This document shows positions 11,949 to 24,888 of a DNA stretch of 64,000 nt, one piece after another. Position 1 is the first letter of the stretch. Each line of letters opens with the position of its first letter. The stretch is from Podarcis melisellensis. Lineage: Eukaryota. Below the pieces are notes generated by a model. That model was not told where the DNA came from and did no database searches. It was given only the letters and a program-made list of their open reading frames with translations. The stretch lies in assembly GCA_964234715.1 (NCBI GenBank), contig OZ174283.1. The stretch is one strand, 5' to 3'. A program made the translations under genes and the position numbers.

Positions 11949-12915
11949 CATGGTACCTCGGGTTAAGTACTTACCGTATTTTTCGCAACATAGGGCGCAC
12001 CCAGTTTTTTTTTGGGGGGGGGGAATCAAGAAGAAAAAAATTTTTTCCCCAGCCCCAAAGAGCAGCGTACAGGCTGCGCACAACCTCTCCCTGCCAGAGG
12101 GGTTGCACGCAGCTATGGCACAAGCCAAGGCAGCAAGCAGGATGGATCCCGCTCGCTGTTTTGGCTTCCCCTTTAGCCCCGTGCAGCCTCTCCCTCCCGG
12201 GAGAGGCTGCGTGGGGCTAAAGACTCCATAGCCCCATGCAGCCTCTCCTTGCCGGAGGGGTTGCACGCAGCTATGGAGCAAGCCAAAGCAGCAAGCGGGA
12301 TGGATCCCGCTCACTGTTTTGGCTTCCCCTTTAGCCCCACGCAGCCTCTCCCGGGAGGGAGAGGCTGCACGGGGCTAAAGAATCCATAGCCCCGTGCAGC
12401 CTCTCCTTGCCGGGAGACGCTGCGCAGGGCTTTCCTGGGAGGTGGGGGGATTCACCCACCTCCCGCAAAACCGGCAGAAGCCGCGCAACTCCTTTAAAGA
12501 GATTATGGCTTCTCCTGACTTTTCTGGGAGGTGGGAGAAGGGACTGATGCGGCCAGTCAGTCCCTTCTCCCTCCTGTGGAAAAGCCCGCAAGAGCGCACG
12601 GAGCTTGTGTGCAGCTCTTGGGGGCTTTTTCCGCCTGCCTCCCCCCTGCATTCGCTCCATAGGACGCACACACATTTTCCCTTGCTTTTTAGGAGGGGAA
12701 AAGTGCGTCCTATGGTGCAAAAATACGGTAATTCATTCCGGAGATCCGTTCTTAACCTGAAACTGATCTTAACCTGAAGCACCACTTTAGCTAATGGGGC
12801 CTCCCGCCGCCGCCACACTGTCGGAGCACGATTTCTGTTCTCATCCTGAAGCAACGTTCTTAACTCAAGGTAATATTTCTGTAACCTGAAGCATAAGTAA
12901 CCCGAGGCACCACTG
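11949..12915. mobile_element. Tc1/mariner-type MITE (CAGTGGTACCTC family), split by a nested insertion
   Basis: Left piece tggtacctcgggttaagtactta (11951-11973) and right piece attcattccggagatccg...gaggcaccactg-TA (12731-12915). Together they match the reverse complement of the intact copy at 63564-63805. Confidence 0.88.
11974..12728. mobile_element. Non-autonomous Tc1/mariner-type element (TIR CCGTATTTTT...), TA TSD, with internal ~158-bp tandem repeat
   Basis: Left TIR CCGTATTTTTCGCAACATAGGGCGCAC versus right (reverse complement) CCGTATTTTTGCACCATAGGACGCAC. TA at 11972-11973 and 12729-12730. GC-rich internal duplication at ~12084-12416. Confidence 0.88.
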
Positions 12916-13878
12916 TACTGCAAATGGGTCATTCAGACATCACAAATGTGTTGCTGGAAACAGGGTTTTTTATTTTTTAAAAAAAATGGATTTTCCATGG
13001 AAATGATAAATCCAAATTAAATTGGAGATGGGGTGAGATAGGGTGGCATTTTATGCTCACAGGTGGATGTGTGGGCATGCAGATTCTGTGAAAACCTTCC
13101 ATGTTTGAGCAGCCCCAGTGTTCTGTTGCCAACAGTGGCCAGCCCAATGCCTCCTGGGAAGCCCACGACCTGGACATGAAGACAGTTGCTATCTCCCGCT
13201 CTGTGCTTCATAACAATTGGTATTTAGACATTGGTTGGCATCCGTCTGCCTCAGGAGGCAACGTGCACACGTGTTTAAAGTACATGACTTCTCCCAAAGA
13301 ATTCTAGGAATTGTGGTAACTCTGAGGGGCAAGTTATAGTCCCCAAGATTCCTTTGCTTTAAGTGTGCATTGGATCTGCTTTAAATGTATGGTGTGGATC
13401 TGCTAAGAGGCTTACAACTATCAGGTTTTATAGCAGGCAGACCTGTTTTATTGTTTTATCACTCGTTTGCCACCCTGGACTTCTTTGGGAGGAAAAGCAG
13501 AATGCAAATTTAATAAATAAAGAAAATAATTAAAAAAGACACAAACTGAGTGCACATTGTTTGCACATGCTGTCAGTAACCCACAGATCAATCATAGCTC
13601 TGGGCATTTTGTATATGCTGGTTTGGATCCTATGATATGTTAAGGAAGTTTCATGGAGGGAAACTTTTGGCCTGCTGCAGCTCCTGAAAAGCTTCTCTGG
13701 AGCAATGTGAGATGAGTTGGGTTGCTGGGGGAAGGCAGAGGGAATATTCCTTCCTTGAAGTTCCATATTAAGTTATTCCACCTTCCTCCACATTGATCAG
13801 GAAAGCTGTGTACACACCATTAATTTACCGGTCAAAGAATCCTGGGAACTGTAGTTTATTAAGAATGCTGGGAATAAC

Positions 13879-13958
13879 CATGGGAATAGCCGGGGGGGGG
13901 GGGGCGGCAAAAAAGTTCAACAACTTTGGCCCTAACAAAAATCCTGGCTATGCTCATG
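13879..13958. mobile_element. 80-bp hAT-type MITE with 8-bp TSD GGAATAAC
   Basis: TSD at 13871-13878 and 13959-13966. TIR CATGGGAATAGCCGGG versus CATGAGCATAGCCAGG. Inserted in an older element containing aagaatcctgggaactgtagttt. Confidence 0.75.
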
Positions 13959-14678
13959 GGAATAACTACTGAAGTGTTCCCAGGAAGAGAGAAAGAGGAG
14001 ATGAGTCTCTAACACAGTTGGAGAGGAGGGAAAGCGAAAATTCATGGTAACTCTGAAAAGGCAGCGGAGGAGGATTTAAAGACAGATAATTAGTACTGAT
14101 CATTGCTTATGTTCTGTCTGAACACTGGAGAAGTGGTTGATTATAAGGCAGATACTACCCAGGAGCTTACTAACTTAGGCGAACGGAAGGAGGGACTGCT
14201 GGGTAAAAGGAACTGTGGGGCTTGTGGGAGAAACGCAGGGGTTGGAATTAGGTGGGAAAATCTAATTGTACAAAAATATGGTTCTGAAAGGGCGATTTCC
14301 AGATGTCTGCCCAAAAGAATCTGTTGTTTAACAAATGGGTGTCTAGGAACTCAGCTATACAGCTGCAAATAAAACATTTTAAATGTGTTGTAAGTGCAGT
14401 ATACAAATGTGACACTAGATGCATTTTTTTATATGTGTGTAGATTCCACCTAGGTTGTGGTGAGATTTGCAGTACTTGTTGGATGAACCTCCTGAAACCT
14501 CTGGTTTCTCATATCTAATTAATAGGTGGTACTGTGTGGTTTTTATTTAAGTTAGAACCAGAGGAAAGTTGGGCATTAACATTCTAATGTGATCCCATAT
14601 GAGCTGAATAGCAGGTTGGAGGCTACACCTTGCTTTATGCCAGTAGAGGTTTGTTGGCAAGAAACCTACAACTTAGAA

Positions 14679-14928
14679 CAGGGATCAGCAACCTTTTTTA
14701 GCTGTGGGCCGGTCCACCGTCCCTCAGACCATGTGGTGGGCCAGACTATATTGGTGGGGGGGGGGGTGAACGAATTCCTATGCCCCACAAATAACCCAGA
14801 GATGTATTTTAAATAAAAGGACACATTCTATTCATGTAAAAACACGCTGATTCCCAGACCATCCATGGGCTGGATTGAAAAGGTGATTGGGCCACATCTG
14901 GCTCCCGGGCCTTAGGTTGCCTACCCCA
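14679..14928. mobile_element. hAT-type MITE with 8-bp TSD ACTTAGAA
   Basis: CAGGGATCAGCAACC ... GGTTGCCTACCCC, with TSD at 14671-14678 and 14929-14936. Same family as 51695-52021 in the opposite orientation. Confidence 0.85.
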
Positions 14929-14930
14929 AC

Positions 14931-15080
14931 TTAGAATAATAGAATTTGTTGAGTTGGAAGAGACCGTGAGGGTCATCTAGTCCAACTTCCTACAGTGAAG
15001 AAAGCTTTTGAGCAATGTGGGGCTCAAACCTACAATCCTGAGGTTAAGAGCCTAATGCTTTACCAACTGAGCTATCTCAG
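14931..15080 (-). mobile_element. tRNA-Lys-derived SINE with CR1-like tail (Squam2-like)
   Basis: Minus strand: gatagctcagttggtaaagcattaggctCTTaacctcaggattgtaggtttgagccccac ... gttggactagatgaccctcacggtctcttccaactc ... attctattattcta. Confidence 0.75.
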
Positions 15081-18000
15081 CCTGCCCTGTGCTGCAAGAT
15101 CCTTAGTAGCTCACCTTTTCATGCAAATTGAATCTTTTTCACCCGAACACACACAGTACAGAATCATGCTCTCCTTGAGCTAAAAAACATGCAAAACAAA
15201 CACTTCTTTCAGGGGGGAAAATGAAGTGCACTGTTTGGTATTGCTGATGTCATTAAAGTTGTACCCTTTGAATGATTTCTCCCAGCAGCTGCATATAATC
15301 AAAATTATGCCAAAATGCCTGTACCTGTGACCCAGAATGAAAATAAAATACAAACTAAATGTTTGACTCCACATGAACATTCAGTTTAAATATTTAGTCC
15401 ACTGTAAGAGTCTTAGGAGACTGCTAACAAAGAAATGATAATTCTACCATCTAAAACACTTCCACGAATTCATAAACATTTCAGCTTTAAAGAGTAATGT
15501 AAGCAGTGTAGTCAGCATAGGATTTTTGTAGCCACTTACTGACAACCAACTTTGCATGTTTGCTGAGAGGAAAGTCCTATTGTGGCCAGTGGGGCTTACT
15601 TCCTGGTAAATACGTTTCGGATTGCAGCTGTTTTTCAAACAGTACCAAGGTTGATTGTGGCAAAACCTCCTTCATATGTCAGATGCAATCAACCAATTGC
15701 AGCTTCTCCCCCCCCCCCCACCTTTCTCCTTACTCTGCCTTTCAGCCTCTCACTGTGCTGTACTTTTCTTCCCCACACCCTTCAGTTCCAAATATTCTCC
15801 AGGCTTTTTATCTCTGGCTGTGATCAGGTGCTTTTTTTCCAGCTATGGCTCACCACAGACAGCTTCCCTTCATTTCACCTAGCTGGATAGCTAGTTAGCC
15901 TTGAACAAATACATGAATCAGTTTAGTTCAATCAGCTCTATTCTGCAGCATTATATAACCGAAAACTTTGAAAGAACATGAAAAAAAGACAACTGAGAAA
16001 GTTGTGCTCATTTTGCTGCAAAGGCCACCGAGCTCAGCTTTGGTTACTTCATGCTGCAGATGTTTCTGCTTCTGACTCACAGCAAATTAAGCATTTGCAT
16101 TATTACACCTCACCTGTGCGACTTTTTTTCTCTAACACACACGCACAAAAGGAACTTCACATAGGCAAACAATGTGATACGTGAAAAATTATGTTTGGTA
16201 GAGTAGATGCAATTAAATCTGTGATGATTCAGTCATAATTCTACAAAGGAATATGATATACAACAGTTGTAGGGGACTCTGGTGCTGCATTGAAAATAGT
16301 GTTGCATTGAAACACCATACCCAGTGTAGAAAAAGTTTAGAAATACATCTTGCCTTACACTTTTTTACACATCTTGCCCATAATCAGTTATCTATTTGGA
16401 GTGTTTTGACCCCCTCTTCAGCCAAAGCAACTTATGCACACACAATTAAAACAGGGCAAGCTTACCAACTAAAACACAGAACACAAAAGGGGATGGGAAG
16501 GTGACCAAAGAGGCTGAGGAGTGTCCAGGGGTGTGGGCCTTGGCAAGGGTCCAGCAATGCTCACCCCTGTCAGGGAGGCTGGGGCTTCTTCATTTGAATG
16601 TGGTATCCTACTCAATCTCTTGGATCTCTACTTGCAAAAGATTGTGATTTACAGTTGCAGCATCAGGAAGATGCCATAAGAAACTACACTCCAGCCACAT
16701 AACTTTCTTCCCACAGTGAGTGCATGGGAGAGTAATGTGTGACTGCAACTCTAACCAAGTTGAGTCTCCCCCCCCCCCACAAAAAAGGTAACATCCAAAC
16801 TGGTAGGGTTAGCCCTTTTTTGTGATGTCTGAGTTCTCTAGGTATTCCTTTTCTCAGATAAGGAATTTCTTGGCAGTCAGTTGAGGTTCCCCCAAAAGAC
16901 TCACTATAAGTTAGATCCAAAGAGTTGGTGATAAGTTAAAACACACAATTACTTATTAAATTTTCAGATAAAGCTTTCAAAGACTAGACACTGACACTGT
17001 TGTAACTGCTCTGTGGAGTTCTGCTATGAAATACAATACCCTCCCTTGAACTGTGGGACATCCTGAAACCTTAATAGTTGGTTTTTAAAAAATCACTGTA
17101 ACTTTCATCCACAAACTTTTAGCACTTGGCTGCTCTTGAAAGGATCTGAGCACAATTATAAAGCCTCCGTTATAAATGCAGAGGACTTGGGTATTTTTCT
17201 GGCATGCAGAAATCTCCAGGGTGTCATAATGCCAGAATAGTAACACTGCCAAGGGTATGATCAACAGAATCGTCCCTTTCAATATATCAGAGGAATGTGC
17301 CAGAGGGAATTCATCTGAAAAGGCTTCAGGGCTTTGAAATACACTTTTTGCCTCCAGTCTGAAATATTGTGGATTTTTTTCTTTCTTTCCAGGGCACATT
17401 TTGAACATTTCATTTGAACCTCACAATTCAGGAATGCTGGGGAAAATGTAGGAGGGCCCTTTGTGAGACAGTATTTGTACTTAGGATTCTTGATTAGTCA
17501 TAGGAATAGGGTATGAGAGATTTGCATTTTATTGGTAATCCTCAATAAAATCACAACCAACGGGGTTGCTGGATTCTAACTTGAAGGCAACAGTTTTGAT
17601 TTTACAGCTCCAGGGCAATGACTTTAGGAATAGCATCACTTGATGCTGCTCTGTCTGCTTCATACACCTGCTGTGGGGCAAAACTGGCTCTCTTCGTGAC
17701 TGCAGGTAAAGGAAGTGGAGGGCAGGTCATCAGAAGTGGCAGAGAAAACTCAATCTCTGGGTGGGGTCTCTTCAGGCACTCAGTCTTGGATAGGAGGTGG
17801 AAACCTTCCCTCCTGGTGCTTTCTTATTACATTATTTTACAGTAATGGTCATTATGGGATAATTATTTAATAACAAATTGCTATTATTATCCACTTGATT
17901 ACAAAGGCACATTTTTAGTATGCTGGCGTGGCAAGGTAATATATGTCATTTAGCAGCTCTGATTGATTGTGTCATGTCACATTGTTTTTGTGTGTGTTGA

Positions 18001-21000
18001 CCATACAAGCAAATTAAAAGTGGAAGGGAGGGAAGAGGCTGTCATGTTGAGATAAACGATTATGCAAATAAGCCTTCACACAAGCTTTTTATTCCCCCAA
18101 TCTCTTTGTTTTTATTTATTTATAAGGTCCATTTGTATACTGCTCCTAATGTAGAAAATCCCAGAGTGGTTCACAAATCAAACTGTCCAATACATTACAA
18201 AACCAAAGAAGGAGAAGTGAAAAAATCATGTTCAACTGTGAAACATCAGCAACTTGAAGCAATATGATAGACTTTTACAGTTACACAGGAACAGGCTCAT
18301 AATGCACCAAACTAAGTAGTGGATGGCATTGTGGGGCAGAAGTGATTACTTCCCACAGTGATAACTAGTGATAACTAACATTCCAACAGGTGAATCACTG
18401 CTGCTTACTGGGAAGGGGAAGGGAGATCAAAATGGTGCAAACGTAACAGCTGAGCCAATCCAGTGGTCCTGCCGCTACAATGAGCCGCCCTCCCCGCTGC
18501 CATGCTCCCCTCCACTGGCCATAAGCTGCAGTGACTAAATTGCCAAGAGGGCAGATCAGTGCCTCTACCCCATGCTGCCATCTGGCTACCGACACAAACA
18601 TATTTAGGCAGATGAAATAACCCAACAAAAGGGAAGGCATCTGTTCATTTGATGAATGAATTTCTTCAAGGCTACATAGGATCATAATGACTGGAAGGTG
18701 GGGGGGCGGACATTTTTTCAGTAAAGAATCAGCTTTGACCCTGTCGAAATCAGAGGCCCTGGCCCAGTTTTCACATGCAACAGAACCGGGTGGTAAAGCT
18801 TCTCCTGGACTGCACTTCCACTCCAAGGGTGACAGGTGGATACAAGTTTGATTTGAATGCTCTCCCCTCTCCCGAAGGCTTATTCCATGAAGAAAGCACA
18901 GGTATCATAGATATCATTCAGCATAGACTTTTCCCCATGCTATTTTTATCTGAGCATTGAGCTTTTTAATGGGCAGCATTGAAACACAGAAATTCTGCAT
19001 CACATCCGAAGAGTGTTGCTGGATCAGACTAGACTGAGGATGTATTCTGTAACCCCTACACTCAATGTGCATCTAGTTATTCAATTTTCCCACGTTCTTA
19101 ATGTTCTACTACCTTCACATCCCCAGCTCTGCCCTGCCCCACATTTGCAAATCTGCTCTTCAGTGACTGTATTTGTATTTTCTTTGTTGTGGTATTCCCT
19201 ATTCTACAAGGCTGCAATGAACATCAAATAGATCAGTTATTTTTTGTGAAGCATTATCATTTTACTCTGGCAGGTTAACATTCTGTCTGTTCTTTGCAAA
19301 GGTTTTATCACATTGCAGAATGCAATGGCTTGCATGAATCATTCAAGGAAAATTGGACTCTTCTTAATTGTGTTTTGGCAGCTGTGTTCATAAGAACAAA
19401 CTTGAAAATCCCACAGTAAAATGATGTTTGGCCTCACTGTCTCTTATGCTGCCATTTCTTCCCCTTTATAATTTCCATTGCTTTGGTAGCTCTGTCTTCA
19501 GGTTAGTTTGGAAGAAGTGAGATCTATTCATTGTTTCTAAAATAAAAGGATGTGTGAATATAGTCATTGTGTCTTCTAAAAGCAAAACTGTTTCTCTAAG
19601 CTTTCCATACAAGGAAAATGCCAGGGCGAGGAGAGATTTCCTTTGTGATGGACAAATTTAGCTTGTAATCAGAGCAACTGGTTTTACCAGGGCTTTCCAA
19701 TCACTGCGCTTTGAGGGAGGGATGTTGCTGAAATAAGTAGCTTTGCTCTCCCACTGCTTCTTGCTGTTTTGCCTCTAAGGAGCAGTACCTGGGAATATTT
19801 CTGGTGGTGTGTGACATAGAAGCCTGCCTCTTGTTTAACAGAAGAGCTATTTATCTTCTCACATAAACACATAATAAGCAGGGGCAGAGAGTAAAAAGCA
19901 TTTGATGTGAAATCAGACATATTTCATAGTTGTCAAATTAAATCTGAGACATATTTCTCCTGTGGTTTCAGGGTGTTCTGAAAATTATTACAGAACAATG
20001 TGAAAGGCAGGAGTATAGATTAGAAAAACTAACAAATTGGGTGGGAATGTAATTTTAAAAGTATGGAGGATGGACCTCAGAAGAGAGAATTCCAGTAGTT
20101 AAGGGAGTAAAAGATCAAATGTTTGAGATGGTGATCATCATTACCACTGACAGGTTGCCCTTGTACAAAAGTCTTGTAGTTAGCAATCAGAAATGGTTTT
20201 AAGAAGAGCAAGAAATCAATCTGTGAATGGTTGCTTTACTTAAGCTCTCACAGGAAAAAAATAGAGCTTAAGTAAAGGCATAAAAATGACTACAAGTTTA
20301 ATAAGGTACAACTGCAATATATTTTAAATCTTGTGTGACACAATTAAAAATTGAAAGCCTCTTATGAAATGGGATATGTGATTAATGGCTGTGTAAAGCT
20401 TTTAGATCAGCCTTAGATGTGCTGCTTGTGGAAATTGTTTGTCATGGGAAAGTTTCATATTTGAATCACAGTGAAAAGAACAAGAAATTAAACTGGTCAA
20501 CAAAGCAGAACTGACAGTGGTCAGTACTAGCTTCAGAATGACTTAGTAAGACCTTGAAAAGTTGGGAGTCAATGCTGTTAACACTGAATCCCTGGAAGTT
20601 ACAAAGGAACTGTCACATGACACCCTTCCATTGGCTCAAGAAAAATAGAAATGGTTAGTTTCTACAAGAGCAACTTCATAACAGAGTCTGTTCTGAGATC
20701 TCACGTTTTAAATATGAAAGAAGTGGCATCTCTATTTTTCACTCTCTTTGACTTGTTGAGAAAATCTTACCTAGTTTCTGTGCATTGCTGCTACCCATAT
20801 TGGGTTCTAAAGAAAAGCCGTCTCATACTCAAAAAGAAATACGAGGATCCTCTCATTTGGTTAACTGTTTGTTACAAGGCAGGATAATATCTGTAATCTC
20901 AAGGGTTGGAAACTGGTGTGAGAGCTGCAGAAAGGAATGCAGTGTGTCTGTGGGTGCGCAGTGAATGTCCCAATGCTGGCAAGAACCTGAGACTAGTTGT

Positions 21001-23311
21001 AGAATTTAAGGCTAAACTAGAAATATAGGAAGTGGTCATGAGTAAAAATGGGAATGTAAAAGCTGTACTGGGTTTTATGCCGCAAACCCCAATCATCTGC
21101 AGATGAGCTACCAGTCTAACCTTGTAAGTTGAATTTAGAATCGTACAGAAGATGAGCATAGACCCTGCGAGACTTGCAGGTGAGATGTGCACTTGAATGA
21201 GCACACTGAACACTCCAAGTGATGATCACATGATCACTATGGGAGCTTTAAAGTACTTTAAAGTGTGTATCTGCTGTGGGTCCTGCAACCAACTGCAGAT
21301 GTAGGGAAGAAGATTATTAGAGTAAGGGAACATGGTACTTAAGTGTCCATTACCCTACAGAGAGGGAGAATACAGCCATCTCTCAAGTATGCCCACATTT
21401 TTGAAATTCCTTATTTTATTTTTAAATCTAACTACATATATAAGAGCCCCATTATTGTGTTAACAATGTTGTTAATATTCTGTTTAAGACCAGGGAGTTG
21501 ATAAAGCTCTGCAAACAGACATTACATAGCTGCTGCTTTCCCAAGAAATTTACAGTGATTTGAATCACACAGCCACTGAAAGTTGCCCACCTTCAGGGCT
21601 TTTAAAGGGACAGAAGCCCTGTTCTGTAATGAATTTGGTCTCCATCATCTAAGCCAAGGCCAGTTAGAAATATTGTTTGACACTATTATGTATAACTATA
21701 TATTGAACAGATCTATGCAGTTGCAAACAGAAGAAATGTGTCTGGCACTACAACATTGTATCATCCATATTTATACTGATCTCAGGTATTCAAGTGCTTG
21801 TAGTTACACTGCCAAAACACACATTCAAGAGTACTCAGGGAAAACCTGAGGTTTACAAAAATACCAGAAAAATATTTGGGGGCTAGGTGAACACCCTCTC
21901 CCCAAACATCCCAGTGATGGCTAAGTGCCTACAGAATGCTGACTGGCTGTTGTGAAGGAAGAATAGAATGGAGCGTCTTGAAAAGACGTAGAAAGTGAAC
22001 TATTGCATTGTCTGTATATGCTCTTTGGAAGCTTACACTGAGAAGTTTACATGCTCTCCAGGAACAGAAGTGAGAGCTGCACCTAGAAACCAATGGAAAA
22101 ATCCAAAATTTTCATGTAGATTAGATTGGGCATTCCACCCACCACAGCCCAAGGAAGACTGAGCTTACTATTTGGATAGGAAAAGCTGACTGCCGCTGGA
22201 ATCCTGAACAGAAACACTCCACCCCAAAGCATTGTGGCACCCCAGCTTTAGAATTTCCTCATCACCAAGATGTGGCCGGTGCCAACTCTTTAAAGTCATT
22301 AATGCTAGCTGAAGAAGGGGTTATTTGTCCAGGCTTTTGGTAGAGTTCAGTGCCATTACTGATGGCTATTTTAGCTGGCTGATTGTAATTGTAAAATGCA
22401 CCAGGAAATGTTTTAATTTCACCCTGTTCTGGAAATACATTTGCAATACAGAGCAGCTGAGGAATCTTTTAAATAAATAAATATTGTTGCAAGGTAACCA
22501 CTTGCTCCTTCTATTTCACAAGTACAGGCAGCCAAAATAGTACTGCTCATGTCCAAGAGGAAGGCATCAGAAAGCTTTGGGAGTTGGTGAAAGTAAAAGA
22601 AAAGGGCGTGTGCAAGTGAGGAAGCTAAGAACAGTGAAATAATTACTGAGCATGTTCAGTGACCATAGAATGCTGACTGTCTATTACAGGGGGGGGGGCA
22701 AAAAAGGAGGCTTGGAAGGGGAAAATATCAGGCATAAGGGTAGCTTTCAGCTTGCTCCATTTGATTTTCTGCTCCAAGCATGTCAGGGTAGCAGCAGAGA
22801 ATAATTGTTTCCCAATACAGCTTATCCTTGTAATACAGAGAATGTGATGCAGTGAAGAGCATAAGTGGAGGAGGTCTGCTCTCTTCACAGGACGATAAGG
22901 CCCGTGCTAAAAAATCTCAAGAGCCCCTGAGATAACATTCGCATAAGAGTGAACTAAATCTAGCCTGATTATGGGAAGCGAGTTCGGAATGTGAAGCAAT
23001 TTATCCCCACCAAACATGTTCCCTTTGAAACAGCAAATTAGATGTGCAGCAGGATTTGGTCACACTTCAAAGAATAATATGCAGAACTGGAGATCCATCT
23101 GTTTTCTCTTCCACTGAGGCTCCTGTATGTTAAACAGGCTTTCAGTAACTTCAAAGCCTGTTTGAAGTCTTCATTGTGCATTACTCAGGCACAAAAACCA
23201 AGGATTCCTTAGCAATATTACCATCTGATATTTTCTGTTAGTTTTAATATGTGAAGAAAAACAATTTGTTCTTGTTTCTTATCATTTCATTTTCTGCTTT
23301 TTCTGCTTTAG

Positions 23312-23487
23312 CTACGACAGTGAGGGACGATTAACCAATGTCACATTTCCAACTGGAGTGGTCACCAACCTGCATGGGGAGATGGAAAAGGCCATTACAG
23401 TCGACATTGAATCTTCTAGCAGAGAGGAAGATGTCAGCATTACTTCAAACCTATCATCAATTGATTCTTTCTATACAATGGTACAAG
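23312..23487 (+). CDS. TENM3: TENM3 coding exon (YD repeats; [16 protein letters not shown]...FYTMVQ-D)
   Basis: ctgctttag|C TAC GAC and CAA G|gtacag. 176 nt, phase 2/1. Confidence 0.96.
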
Positions 23488-24164
23488 GTACAGTAACAGG
23501 ATTTAACAAAAGCCCCTTTTTCTCAGAGGAAGAAAATGAAACAAAGCCAGTTATGGTCAGGATATTATAGTTAAGGATTAGCTTTGGAGATCTGCAAGGT
23601 GAAATATTACATCTCATTCTTAAGCATACAGTTTGAAAGATGGGTTGGCTATATTTGGGATGTGTGATTAACCTTTGTTATATAACTGGCCCAAATATTA
23701 TTATTTGTATCTGAAGCTAACAGCAAATGAAGCATTAAAATTATTCTGTTACCTATTTTTATGTTGGGTTGGAAATTGTTTTTAAATGCTGGTTAATTTG
23801 AAGCTACTGCTCATTAGCTGTTGTTGAAACTGAAGTTAGGCTATTGAATTGTGGTTGTTTATATAATTTATAAACAAATTATATGAAGCTCCTATGCATG
23901 CAGAAATTCCTATAAAGAAGTGAATGGGAGAAACACATGTGGGGGAACACAACTGTGCTTTTTGCAATATCCATAGTGATGTGAATCAAACAGATACATC
24001 TGTCAAATAGTGAAGTTAAGAGGTTGTATACAAACTGAAGAATTAGAATAAATTTTAACAGGGTAGAAAAATCTACAAGAAGCTGTGGTTTGTTCTCCAT
24101 TATGGCTCCCTTTAAATGAAAAGTCACAGCTCTGGAAGTATGCTATACTTTTGTTCCATTTCAG

Positions 24165-24400
24165 ATCAGTTAAGAAACAGCTACCAGATTGGCTATGATG
24201 GGTCTCTCAGAATTATCTATGCCAGTGGCCTGGATACACACTACCAGACAGAACCACACGTTTTAGCTGGCACAGCCAATCCAACTGTAGCAAAAAGAAA
24301 TATGACTCTCCCTGGAGAAAATGGACAGAATTTGGTGGAGTGGAGGTTCCGAAAAGAACAAGCCCAAGGCAAAGTCAATGTGTTTGGCCGAAAGCTCAGA
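24165..24400 (+). CDS. TENM3: TENM3 coding exon ([13 protein letters not shown]...VFGRKLR)
   Basis: ccatttcag|AT CAG TTA and AGA|gtaagt. 236 nt, phase 1/0. Confidence 0.96.
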
Positions 24401-24888
24401 GTAAGTAATACCTCTAATGCATTTTTTATTTAAGATGGTACTGTGGAGGATATGCTACAAACTTGCAGTGCTTGAAATGTGCATGCTCTCCTTTGTTTTC
24501 TGATAACAGTTCAGATAAAAGGAAAGGGCCATTGGTGGTTATAATTTGGGGACAAATTTTTGAGGTGAAAACATTTTGAGGTAGAATATCCTCTGTCAGG
24601 GACTGGTAGGACGCTGAGAAGTGTGCACCTGGTTATGGGGGGGACTCAGGAGAGGGGGGCAGTGGTCTGTGGTGCCAGGAGGCAAAATTCAGAGGGAAGG
24701 GAAGCTTCAGAGCTGGAGAAAGATGTGGATGAGGCAGGCCAGGCAAGTGAATGGCCAGGTGCTTCCCCACCTTTCCCTGCGCCATTATCTCCCAGAACCA
24801 AAAATCAAGGCAGGAAGAGTAGAAGCAGCTTCCGCACAGGCGTTTTTTCTGGCTATATGCGCACAGCCTGTCAGGGAGTGGTCCCCAG

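Noticed and set aside
11813-12932. Six overlapping ORFs of 115-185 aa
   Set aside because: They lie in GC-rich non-autonomous transposon sequence with no transposase or other domain motifs.
15010-15080. tRNA-Lys(CTT)-like sequence on the minus strand
   Set aside because: The stems and B-box are degenerate and it is fused to a CR1-like tail. This is a SINE head, not a tRNA gene.
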